From an uncultured Verrucomicrobiae bacterium (GTDB taxonomy: Bacteria > Verrucomicrobiota > Verrucomicrobiia > Limisphaerales > Palsa-1400): 64,000 nucleotides of DNA. Every line of letters begins with the position of its first letter. Positions within the stretch are counted from its first letter, which is position 1. This document shows positions 9,201 to 17,609 of the stretch, piece by piece. The position numbers and the translations under genes are program-made. Where the stretch lies: the NCBI GenBank assembly GCA_963702845.1, contig OY969763.1, positions 4,928,001 through 4,992,000 of the forward strand. The letters run 5' to 3'. Under the pieces are notes generated by a model. That model saw nothing but the letters and a program-made list of their open reading frames with translations, did not search any database and was not told the origin of the DNA.

Positions 9201-12200
9201 GTAGCTACCGGTATCAGCACTGGCGACGTTCGTAATTGTGAGGCTGCCAGAGGTTGCGCCGGAAACCCTTCCACCGTTTGCAAGTGGGACGCCGTTTTTG
9301 CTCCAGAAGTATGCGAGAGGTGCTGTTCCCGAAGCACTGGCGTTAAACACCGCAATCGCGCCAGTGTTTAACGTTTGCGGCGAAGGTTGACTGCTGATCG
9401 CAGGCGGAACAATTGCTGTCAACGTTGCTGTCGTGCTGGTCACACTGCCGGCCGAATTGCTAACGACGCATCGATATGAACCTGCATCTCCGCTCGCGAT
9501 TCCAAAGAGATTGAGTGTCGCTGCGGTCGATCCTGCAATATTTCCGCCATCGGTCAAGGGCGAGCCGTTCTTGAGCCATTGATAACTGAGGGGCGTAGGT
9601 CCTTGTGCGGCGATTGTGAAACTCGCGGGCGAACCGACGTTCGTGGTCACGTTTGCTGGCTGGGAGATGATTGACGGCGGCGCAGTAACCACGAGGAGTG
9701 CCGACGCGCTGGTCGCAGTGCCGGCAGAGTTTGAAACCACCACAGTGTAGTTGCCACCGTCTGCCGATGAGATATTTGCCATCGTCAAATTCGGGGAGGA
9801 TGCACCAGAAACGTTGCCGCCATTAGCCAACGGGTTGCCGTTCTTGCTCCAGATATAAGCGAGCGGCGCGGTTCCTGAAACGCTGGCGTTAAATACCGCG
9901 ATCACGCCGGCGTTCAACGTTTGTGACAACGGTTGGCTGGTGATCGCTGGCGGAACAATTGCTGTCAATGTTGCCGCCGTGCTGGTCACGCTCCCGGCAG
10001 AATTGGTAACGACGCATTGATACGACGCGGCATCGGAACCTGACACCGTGCTGACGGTCAAAGATGGCGTTTTCGAGCCAGTAACGTTGCCAACATCGAC
10101 GGAGGCTGCTCCGTTCTTCAGCCATTGATAGCTGAACGGCGCGGAACCTTGAGCACTTATGTTGAACACTGCATTGGAACCGACATTGACGATGACGTTC
10201 GCAGGTTGCGAAGATAAAGTTGGAGGTGTGATGACGACCAGCACCGCCGAAGCACTCGTCGCCGTTCCGCCGACATTCGTCACAGACACGCTGTAATTGC
10301 CTGCATCCACGCCCGCAACATTTGCGATCGTGAGGTTCGCGGAAGTTGCGCCGGAAATTCGTCCGCCGTTCGCGAGTGGGATGCCGTTTTTGCTCCAGAG
10401 ATAAGTGAGAGGTGCTGTTCCCGAAGCGCTAGTGTTAAATACCGCAAACGCACCAATGTTCAACGTTTGTGACAAGGGCTGGCTGCCGATCGTCGGCGGA
10501 ACAATAACAGTCAATGTTGCCGCCGTGCTGGTCACACTGCCGGAGCCGTTGGTAACGATGCATTGATATGAACCTGCATCGCCGTTTGCGATTCCGGTCA
10601 GGTTAAGTATCGTTGCGGTCGACCCTGAAACATTTCCGCCATCGGTCAATGGCGAACCGTTCTTAAGCCATTGATAGCTCAGCGACCCTTGACCTTGTGC
10701 GACGACCGTGAGCGTTACCGAAGAACCCACATTGGACGTCACGTTCGATGGCTGCGAACTAATTGCCGGCGGAGCGATCACCAGCAAGGTCGCCGCCGAA
10801 CTTGTTACGCTACCTGCCGCATTTGTTACTACGATGCTATAACTTCCGGCGTCGGTGGCTGTCAGGTTCGTGATAGCGAGGTTGGCCGTTGTAGCTCCCG
10901 AAATTCTTCCGTTGTTCGATAATGGGCTGCCGTTCCTGAGCCAGGAATAGCTCAGCGGAGCCGTGCCGGTTGCCGTCACACTAAATACCGCAAGGCCACC
11001 ACCGTTGAGTGTCAGGTTCGTTGGCTGACTGCTGAGTCCCGGGGGAACGAGGACTGTCAATGTCGCAACGGAACTCGTCGTCTTGTCTACTGCGGTGGCC
11101 GCGACGCATTGATATGAGCCTCCATCTCCACTCGCGAGATTGATGAGGCTGAGCGTGGACGAAGTCGCACCCGAAACATTTCCGCCGTTTGATAATTGAA
11201 TGCCGTTCTTGAGCCAAGAATAAGCCAGGGGATAACCGTTTCCTTGCGCGATAATCGTGAACCTCGCTGAAGCGCCCATGTTCGTCGTCACGTTTGCCGG
11301 CTGCGATGTGATCGAGGGAGGTAGTTGCACGAAAAGCACCGCGGACACGCTCGTCGCACTACCAATGGAGTTGGCCACTACGACGGTGTAGCTACCACCG
11401 TCTGTCGACGATACGCCGCTAACGGTCAAACCGCCTGTCGCAGACCCGGAAATATTTCCGCCATCCGCGAGCGGACTGCCATTCTTTTTCCAAGCATACG
11501 TGAAGGGAGCTGTGCCAGATGCGTTGACAGAGAAGAAGGCCGGGGAGCCGCTATTGATAGTTTGGCTGGAAGGTTGACCCAGGATTGCGGGAGGATCTAC
11601 CACCGTGAGAGTTGCCGCAAAGCTCGTTGCGCTGCCGGATGAATTTGTGACAACGCATTGATAAGTTGCCGCATCAGACGCCTGCACACTGATAACCGTC
11701 ATCGACGCCGTGGTTGAACCGACAACGTTTCCGCTGTCTGCGAACGGCGCACCGTTTTTGAGCCATTGATAGTTCAACGGCGGCCCACCGTTGGCAGTCA
11801 CACTGAATAACGCGTTCGTACTCGTGCTGCGCGTTAGGCTCGTAGGTTGAGTGAGAATCACTGGCGCATCAAGCAAGTTGGTTGAAGTGACATTTGAAAG
11901 ATCGCTTTCGACAAGGCTGGAGTTATACGAGGTCGCGGCAAAATAGTAAGTGCCCGAGCCCAAATTGGGAATGCTTGCGGAAAGATTCGCGCCGACGTCA
12001 ACCGAACTGCTTGTCGCCAACGTTGCCTGAGACGTGCCGTAGTAAACTTTGTAGCCAGTAACGGAGCTGTCAGCAGAAGCGTCCCACGCTAGGTTGACTG
12101 TGTGCGCCCCGAAGGCTTGAAAAACGCCGCTCAAGATTGTGACAAACGTCAGAATCCAAATAACCGGTGAACTTTTCAGGCCTGCTAGCGTTTGCGTGTG

Positions 12201-12218
12201 TATTTTACTAGCTGCCAT
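6219..12218 (-). CDS. Large secreted surface protein: FN3-like domain plus ~15 immunoglobulin-like domains plus C-terminal domain
   Basis: Hydrophobic signal region, VNLAWDAS..GYKVYYG FN3-like domain, 15 repeats of P.I..(Q/E)P....F.V.A.G..PL.Y.W.KNG..D.G.Y; start uncertain (12218 or 12359). Confidence 0.9.
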   Translation of the reverse strand: MAASKIHTQTLAGLKSSPVIWILTFVTILSGVFQAFGAHTVNLAWDASADSSVTGYKVYYGTSQATLATSSSVDVGANLSASIPNLGSGTYYFAATSYNSSLVESDLSNVTSTNLLDAPVILTQPTSLTRSTSTNALFSVTANGGPPLNYQWLKNGAPFADSGNVVGSTTASMTVISVQASDAATYQCVVTNSSGSATSFAATLTVVDPPAILGQPSSQTINSGSPAFFSVNASGTAPFTYAWKKNGSPLADGGNISGSATGGLTVSGVSSTDGGSYTVVVANSIGSATSVSAVLFVQLPPSITSQPANVTTNMGASARFTIIAQGNGYPLAYSWLKNGIQLSNGGNVSGATSSTLSLINLASGDGGSYQCVAATAVDKTTSSVATLTVLVPPGLSSQPTNLTLNGGGLAVFSVTATGTAPLSYSWLRNGSPLSNNGRISGATTANLAITNLTATDAGSYSIVVTNAAGSVTSSAATLLVIAPPAISSQPSNVTSNVGSSVTLTVVAQGQGSLSYQWLKNGSPLTDGGNVSGSTATILNLTGIANGDAGSYQCIVTNGSGSVTSTAATLTVIVPPTIGSQPLSQTLNIGAFAVFNTSASGTAPLTYLWSKNGIPLANGGRISGATSANLTIANVAGVDAGNYSVSVTNVGGTATSASAVLVVITPPTLSSQPANVIVNVGSNAVFNISAQGSAPFSYQWLKNGAASVDVGNVTGSKTPSLTVSTVSGSDAASYQCVVTNSAGSVTSTAATLTAIVPPAITSQPLSQTLNAGVIAVFNASVSGTAPLAYIWSKNGNPLANGGNVSGASSPNLTMANISSADGGNYTVVVSNSAGTATSASALLVVTAPPSIISQPANVTTNVGSPASFTIAAQGPTPLSYQWLKNGSPLTDGGNIAGSTAATLNLFGIASGDAGSYRCVVSNSAGSVTSTTATLTAIVPPAISSQPSPQTLNTGAIAVFNASASGTAPLAYFWSKNGVPLANGGRVSGATSGSLTITNVASADTGSYRVTVTNFGGSAISADAALTVITPPIFTSQPASATANAASLVTFNVTAIGSQPLSYQWTRLGAAVTNNANISGATTASLTVVSVAAVNAGSYQCVATNSAGSATSGMATLTVLLPPSITTQPKTQTLNVGATGVLSVAVSGTAPFTYSWSKDGVALANFGNVSGANTANLTVAGIAHTDSGNYSCVVSNNIGSATSTAATVTVSDASIIITQPTNQTLNACDTLSLSVTVGGSTTPTYQWIHNGTPVQDATNATYSVIAVARADAGTYSVQVTGDMALRSSNAIVKVADPAFLTEPSDNCVSINSTNIFTAEACGTSLIYQWYFANSGSAIGTSINGETNASLTVGPVTSKNIGQYFCIVTNDSGSITSRVALLGVEVAPTITAQPANQIKTVGSTATFAANANANSQMTFQWAKNGTNISGATDSIYTIASVQINDAGTYRCYVGTELCQSAVLTSSSAGHLSVARDLIRPNVTFSYPTLNARFTNSYATHFGTITSTVPQIVISGSATDNSRVAGLTITRTFPSNAAMKIVPNLVGTLNSWRWTNAVSLVAGTNTFTAIVTDAAGWSSTNTLNLFLRVPSTLHVSTTGAGSTVALLPFTFGTATNTATLEIGRNYRISAKPAIGNVFSNWVNGSGAELSGDPTFVFRMSDNLQLTANFVTNPVVANNANGSYNGLFYETNGVRVKSAGAIFNLLVRADATFSGTLKVDGSSYLLSDAFDVHGNATKHMLRSGKTALTVALHLDFVAKQMTGTIASPAPDEWTSVLMADIAPYSSANRFPDSARYTLAISPGGGAPTYSPGGFGYGFVTNTPLGIISFIGTLGDGTPISQTVPISQQGYWPLYIPLYGNRGLIEGWLNFSGGGPGGNVSWIRPAGTLTATYTNGFTNVTQLFGSPYMPVTPSLNPADAALDIGIPQLTFPYAVSNNNAIVKLPGGPTNYLAGSISAPTGSATVTYRPTGAPGNLTGHGAVLQWNNGGYGYVMSNNVSLPLHLH

Positions 12219-12414
12219 AACCCTACAAGCGGTTGTGTGCTCAACTTTCTCGTGTCTATATGTGCGCGTCTCATTACTCGACCGGTAATAGAGCAACTGG
12301 CTTGCCAGTCTAAGGTGGAGACTTATATCCGAGGGATTGAGCGGCCGATTTTCGGTCACTATTTCTGTCGATAAACAGAGACGAACCCATTAGCTTGAGC
12401 CCCGAAAAAAAGGA

Positions 12415-14250
12415 ATGAGTTTTCTGGCACCCATCGCGTTCTGGTTCGCTGCGACTATTCCTGTCGTAATTGTCTTTTATCTGCTGAAGCGCAAACGGGT
12501 GGTGAAGTTGGTTTCGAGCACGTTGCTGTGGCAGAAATTTTTGGCCGACATGCAGGCCAATGCGCCCTTCCAAAAACTTCGGCATAATTGGCTCTTAATT
12601 CTGCAACTATTGGTTCTCGCGCTTGCGATTCTGGCGATTGCCCGACCTTTTTTTGCGGGACGCTCCACCACCAGCAGTTTGCGGGTGATTATCCTCGACG
12701 CTTCCGCTTCGATGCAGAGCAAGGACGAAGAGCCGTCCAGATTTGAAAAAGCAAAGTCGGAAGCGCTGAAGCTGATCGACAGTTTGCACGAAGGCGAGGA
12801 GATGATCGTCTTGCAGGCTGATGCGAATACGCAGGTTAAGCAATCGGCGACAGTAAATAAAACGGCCCTGGCGCGCGCAATCGAATTGTGTCGTGTGACC
12901 GATTCGCCTACTCATCTGACGGAAGCGCTGAAACTTGCTGATACTTTGACGAAGCAAAAGAAGGATCCGGAAATTCATTTGTTCAGCGACGGGGCTGCCG
13001 GTGATTTGAGCGAATTTGAAAACAAAGGGCTGCACGTTGTTTATCACCGCATCGGGCAACGCGCGAACAACGTCGGGATTACGACGCTCGACATTCGTGA
13101 GAATCCGGAAAACCGCGAGCAACGGGCTGTCTATACGAGCGTCGCTAATTTTTCCGACGAGCCGAAGCAAACGGATCTTGAACTGCTTTTCGACAATCAG
13201 GTTGTTCAGGCCGTGCCGCTCTCGTTGCAACCGGGCGAGACTGTTCCGCATGTGTTCACCGTCACACAATCGCGCGATGGCGTGTTCACGGTGCGCATTA
13301 ATGCCAACGATGATCTTCCCGCGGATAATCAGGCGTCGATTGTCAGCCTGATGCCGGTGCCGATCAAAGTGCTGCTCGTGACGAAAGGGAATCGTCACAT
13401 TGAGAAAGCTCTCCGTGCGGCCGGCGAGGTGGACCTGACGATTGCCCCAAACTGCACAGACACTGCGGCGAACTTTGACATTGTTGTTCTGGACGATGTC
13501 ACGCCGGTCGTTTGGCCTAAACCAAATTTGATCGCCATTCACGTTGGTAACACGAATTGGTTTTATGAAGGTTGGTCGCAGGTTGAAGGTCCGGTCATTG
13601 TTGATTGGAAGAATACGCACCCGCTCCTGCGTTACATCAATTTCGATAACGTCCAGATCGCCGAGACGATGGCGGTGAAAACTCCGAGCTGGGCGGTGTC
13701 GTTGGTAGATGCTCAGCAAACGCCGCTCATTTTGGCCGGCGAACTTCAGCATCAAAAAATTGTGTGGGTTGGATTCGATACGTTGCAAAGTCTTTGGCCG
13801 TTGCGATTCTCGTTCCCAATGTTTTTCCAAAATACGGTGGAGTGGCTGAATCCCGCGTCGACAAAATCCAGTCAGCTCATGGTGCACGCGGGCGAGCCGT
13901 TTCGTTTCGGCATGAGCCAGTCGGCGGAAAAAACTGAAATCACTTTGCCCGACGGCAGCAAACGCGACCTGAACACCGCGAACTCGCGTGAACTTTTATT
14001 CGGCGAAACGACGCGCCAAGGCATCTACCATCTGCGTGCCGGAACAAATGACGCGACGTTTTGCGTGAACGTTTTGGATGCATCTGAAAGTAACACGCAA
14101 CCGCGGGAGCAGTTGGAGTTTGGGAAGTTTTCAAAGGTGAGCGCGACGGAGATGAAGCGCGCAAATGTGGAATTTTGGCGCTGGCTCGTTGCGGCGGGAT
14201 TGGCAGTGTTGTTGTTTGAATGGTGGTTCTACCACAGACGATCGGCGTAA
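12415..14250 (+). CDS. BatA N-terminal + vWA domain membrane protein
   Basis: BatA-like N-terminus (FLAP..FYLLKRKR..VSSTLLW..LALAILAIARP), MIDAS DASASM, C-terminal TM ..LFEWW. Confidence 0.88.
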   Translation: MSFLAPIAFWFAATIPVVIVFYLLKRKRVVKLVSSTLLWQKFLADMQANAPFQKLRHNWLLILQLLVLALAILAIARPFFAGRSTTSSLRVIILDASASMQSKDEEPSRFEKAKSEALKLIDSLHEGEEMIVLQADANTQVKQSATVNKTALARAIELCRVTDSPTHLTEALKLADTLTKQKKDPEIHLFSDGAAGDLSEFENKGLHVVYHRIGQRANNVGITTLDIRENPENREQRAVYTSVANFSDEPKQTDLELLFDNQVVQAVPLSLQPGETVPHVFTVTQSRDGVFTVRINANDDLPADNQASIVSLMPVPIKVLLVTKGNRHIEKALRAAGEVDLTIAPNCTDTAANFDIVVLDDVTPVVWPKPNLIAIHVGNTNWFYEGWSQVEGPVIVDWKNTHPLLRYINFDNVQIAETMAVKTPSWAVSLVDAQQTPLILAGELQHQKIVWVGFDTLQSLWPLRFSFPMFFQNTVEWLNPASTKSSQLMVHAGEPFRFGMSQSAEKTEITLPDGSKRDLNTANSRELLFGETTRQGIYHLRAGTNDATFCVNVLDASESNTQPREQLEFGKFSKVSATEMKRANVEFWRWLVAAGLAVLLFEWWFYHRRSA

Positions 14251-14261
14251 GAGCGGGCACC

Positions 14262-15226
14262 ATGAGCGACAAAACCAATCATTGGAATTTCAGGGACCGT
14301 GGGCCGGAATGGGTTTTATTGTCGTCATGGCTGCTCTCATACTGGCATCAGCTATTTTGTTCCGTCGTCGCACGGCTTCTGAAAAGGCAATACCGGTTGA
14401 TCGTTTACACTTCCCAAGACCAGGAATATGCAGAACCCATTTTCAACAACTTCACCAAACAACCCGCATCAGAGTCCGCCCCGTTTACGACAACGAAGCT
14501 GCAAAAACAGTTGGTCTCGTCAATCGCCTCATCGCCGAGAATAACAATCCGCAGTGCGACGTGTTCTGGAACAACGAAGAACTGCGCACGCGCCAACTTG
14601 CTCGCGAAGGCATCGTTAACAGCAATTGGGTTGCGTTCGGGTTCCGCACTCGGCGACTCGTGGTAAACACCAATGTGCTTTCGTTGACGCGCGCGCCGCA
14701 GGGTGTGCTCGCGCTGACGAATAAGGAATTCTTCGGCAAAGTGGCGCTCGCGTATCCGCTGTTCGGCACAACGTCTGCGCACTTCCTTGCTTTGCGCCAG
14801 CACCTTGGCCAATCCGGCTGGGAGAATTGGTGCCGGGCTTTGGCTTCTAATAAGCCGTTTGTGGTCGATGGGAACTCCGTTGTCGTAAAGCTTGTCGGCA
14901 GAGGCGAAGCAACGGTCGGGCTCACCGATTCCGATGACGTGCTAGCCGGGCAACACGATGGGTTACCTGTCGATTCTGTTCTGCTGCGCAACGATGGTTT
15001 TATCATTCGCAACACCGCCGCGATCGTGTCGAATGCGAGGCACGCAAAAACAGCCGAACAACTGCTGGAGTATCTTCAGTCGCAGCCGGTGATTGTCGCG
15101 CTGAAAAAGGCTGGAGCAATTGAACCGAAACGATGCCGCTACTCAAACCGTCAGTGAATTGGGACGAACTGCTCGCAAACCAAAACGCGAAACCTCGAAT
15201 TCCTGAAAGGGTTGTTCCTGCGATGA
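14262..15226 (+). pseudogene. Iron(III)/thiamine-type ABC transporter substrate-binding protein, multiply frameshifted
   Basis: Segments in different frames: MSDKTNHW; TM anchor; LIVYTSQDQEYAEPIF; VYDNEAAKTVGLVNRLIAE..CDVFWNNE..LAYPLFGTT..GLTDSDD; ending LEFLKGLFLR-TGA overlapping the next ATG. Confidence 0.8.
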
Positions 15227-17609
15227 ACTGGGTTTTGGTTTGGAACAGTTTGTTGGTGGCAGGGAGCGCAACGCTGGTTGCGGTCGGGTTCGGATTTTTC
15301 ACAGCGCTTTGGCGACTGGATCGAAAAGACTTCACGTCGCATCGTGATACTCCTCGCCATCGTCGCGCTCGCGTTGCCACCGTTTCTGGTGACGAATTGT
15401 TGGATCGAACTGCTCGGCCAGACCGGCGTTTGGCGCAACGCTCTGCATCTCGAAATCTATGGCCTCGGCGGGACGATTTGGATTCTCACATTGTTGCTCT
15501 GGCCAATTCCATTTCTTTTCCTCACTGCGGCTTGGAATCGAATCGAACGAACGCATCTCGAAGCTGATTCGATGCTCGCCGGCGGTTCGCTTGTGCGTTG
15601 GCTGCTGTTACCAATTGCGCGAAGCGCAGTCGTTCAGTCCGCAGTCGTCACATTTGTGCTCGCGCTAAACAATTTCGCCGTTCCGGCGATTTTGCAGGTG
15701 AAAGTTTTCCCTGCCGAAACGTGGCTCAGTTTCAACACGAAGTTTGATTACGGCGAAGCGCTTCGACTCGGCTGGCCAATGATTCTGTGCCCGCTACTTC
15801 TTTTGATTGCGTTCCGCCGCAGCGACGTTTCATTCGGCTGGAAATCGCAAGGAGCCGGCGGGGCACTGTTTCGACGTTCGCTCGGGCAAAATCTGTTTTG
15901 GCTGGCGGCGGGTCGCTGCTTTGTTTGTCATCTTTCTCTCAATTGCCATTCCGGTGGCGCAACTGACCGGAAGCGTGCGCACGTGGCGCGAATTCTTGCC
16001 GGCGCTCGCTGCCGGACAATCTGCGGTCACGTATTCGCTCCTGTTTGCCGGATGCACAGCCACTGCGGTTCTGCTGTTTGCATTGCTAACGTGGCGCGCG
16101 AGACTGCACGAACTTTTGTGGATTCCGTTTTTCATTCCCGGGGTGCTGCTCGGAATCGCGATAATCTGGATTTTTAATCGTCCAAGCATTGCCGCGATTT
16201 ATCAGAGCATGATGATCGTCGTCGTCGCTTACGCGATTCGCTACGCAGGGTTTGGTTGGAGCACTGTTTCGAACACATTGCGCGCTGCTGATCGCAATCT
16301 TACCGACGCCGCGCAAATCGAAGGGGCGAATCGCTGGCAAACATTTCGCTTTGCTCTCTGGCCACAGATTTCAACCCAGGCCGCCGCCGCTTGGTATGTC
16401 ACTTACCTGCTCTGCCTTTGGGATGTTGAAACGCTTGTCCTCATTGTGCCGCCCGGTGAGGAAAATCTTTCGCTGCGGATTTTCAACCTGCTGCATTACG
16501 GACACAACGCGCAGGTCAACGCGCTCTGCCTCGTTCTGCTCGCGCTCGCTGTTCTGCCGCTGATTATTTGGAGTTTCAAATCGCGCATTTCAAAGTTCGT
16601 CTCGATTGCGGCGATTGTCGCGACCGGCTGCTCGGTTCAACAATCCAACCACGTTCCCATCGAAAGCAAACTCTTCGAATCCGTCCAGGTCATCGGCACA
16701 CGCGGCACCGCGCTTGGCCAGTTTAACAAACCTCGTTCAGTCGCTATCGACTTAAACGACAATCTTTACGTCGTCGACATGACCGCGCGTGTGCAAAAGT
16801 TTTCGCCAGATGGAAAATTTCTGACGAGTTGGCAACTGACCCAAACCGATAAAGGCAAACCCAAGGGCATGGACCGCGACAAAAACGGCAACATCATTTT
16901 GGTCGAACCGCATTACACGCGCGTCAACCACTTCTCGCCCGACGGCAAACTCGTTTCGCAATGGGGCAAAAAAGGAACGAACGCTGGTGAACTCGCTTTC
17001 CCACGTTCGGTCGCTGTGAATTCACGCGGCAATTTGTATATCACCGAATACAGCCTTGTTGAGCGCGTGCAAATTTTCTCGCCGGACGGCAGCAAACTCA
17101 TCGGGATCTTCGGCAAAGACGGCAGTGGTCCCGGCGAATTCAGTCGCGCCGAAGGAATCGGCATTGATTCGCAAAACCGCGTCTACGTCGCCGATTCGTG
17201 CAATCACCGGATTCAGATTTTTTCTGCCGATGGCAAATTTATCCGTACCTATGGCAGAGCCGGCAGCATCCTCGGTGAACTGAGTTATCCCTACGACGTT
17301 CGCATCGACAAACAAGGATTGCAATTCGTCTGTGAATTTGGCAATAGTCGCATCCAAATTTTCGACATAAATGATAAGCCCGTGGAAACGCTCGGCAAAC
17401 CGGGCGGCGGTCCAGGTGAACTGAGCAACCCTTGGAGTATTGCGCTGGATTCGAAAGGCAATCTTTACGTTGCCGATTCGCAGAATCATCGGGTCCAAAA
17501 GTTTATCCGGAAGAAAACTTTAACCGCCAAGACACAAAGACACCAAGGAGATCGAAATGATTCTCCCCCTTGGTGTCTTGGCGCCTTGGGGGTTCACACA
17601 AAACAATGA
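15223..17609 (+). CDS. FbpB/ThiP-like ABC permease fused to NHL-repeat beta-propeller (two apparent frameshifts near 15310 and 15905)
   Basis: Two permease halves (ALPPFLV..FVLALNNFAVP; FFIPGVLLG..LTDAAQIEGANRWQ EAA loop) continuing in frame into NHL repeats (GQFNKPRSVAID, GEFSRAEGIGID, NLYVADSQNHRVQKF). Confidence 0.8.
17522..17594. repeat. Octamer-based inverted repeat (REP-like hairpin) inside the 3' end of the permease::NHL gene
   Basis: aaccgccaagacacaaagacaccaagg ... ccttggtgtcttggcgccttgggggtt. Confidence 0.8.

Noticed and set aside
12607..13887. Long antisense ORFs (426 aa here; also 49746-50786, 45711-46541, 28546-29334)
   Set aside because: Shadow frames of well-supported genes on the opposite strand, expected from codon bias.
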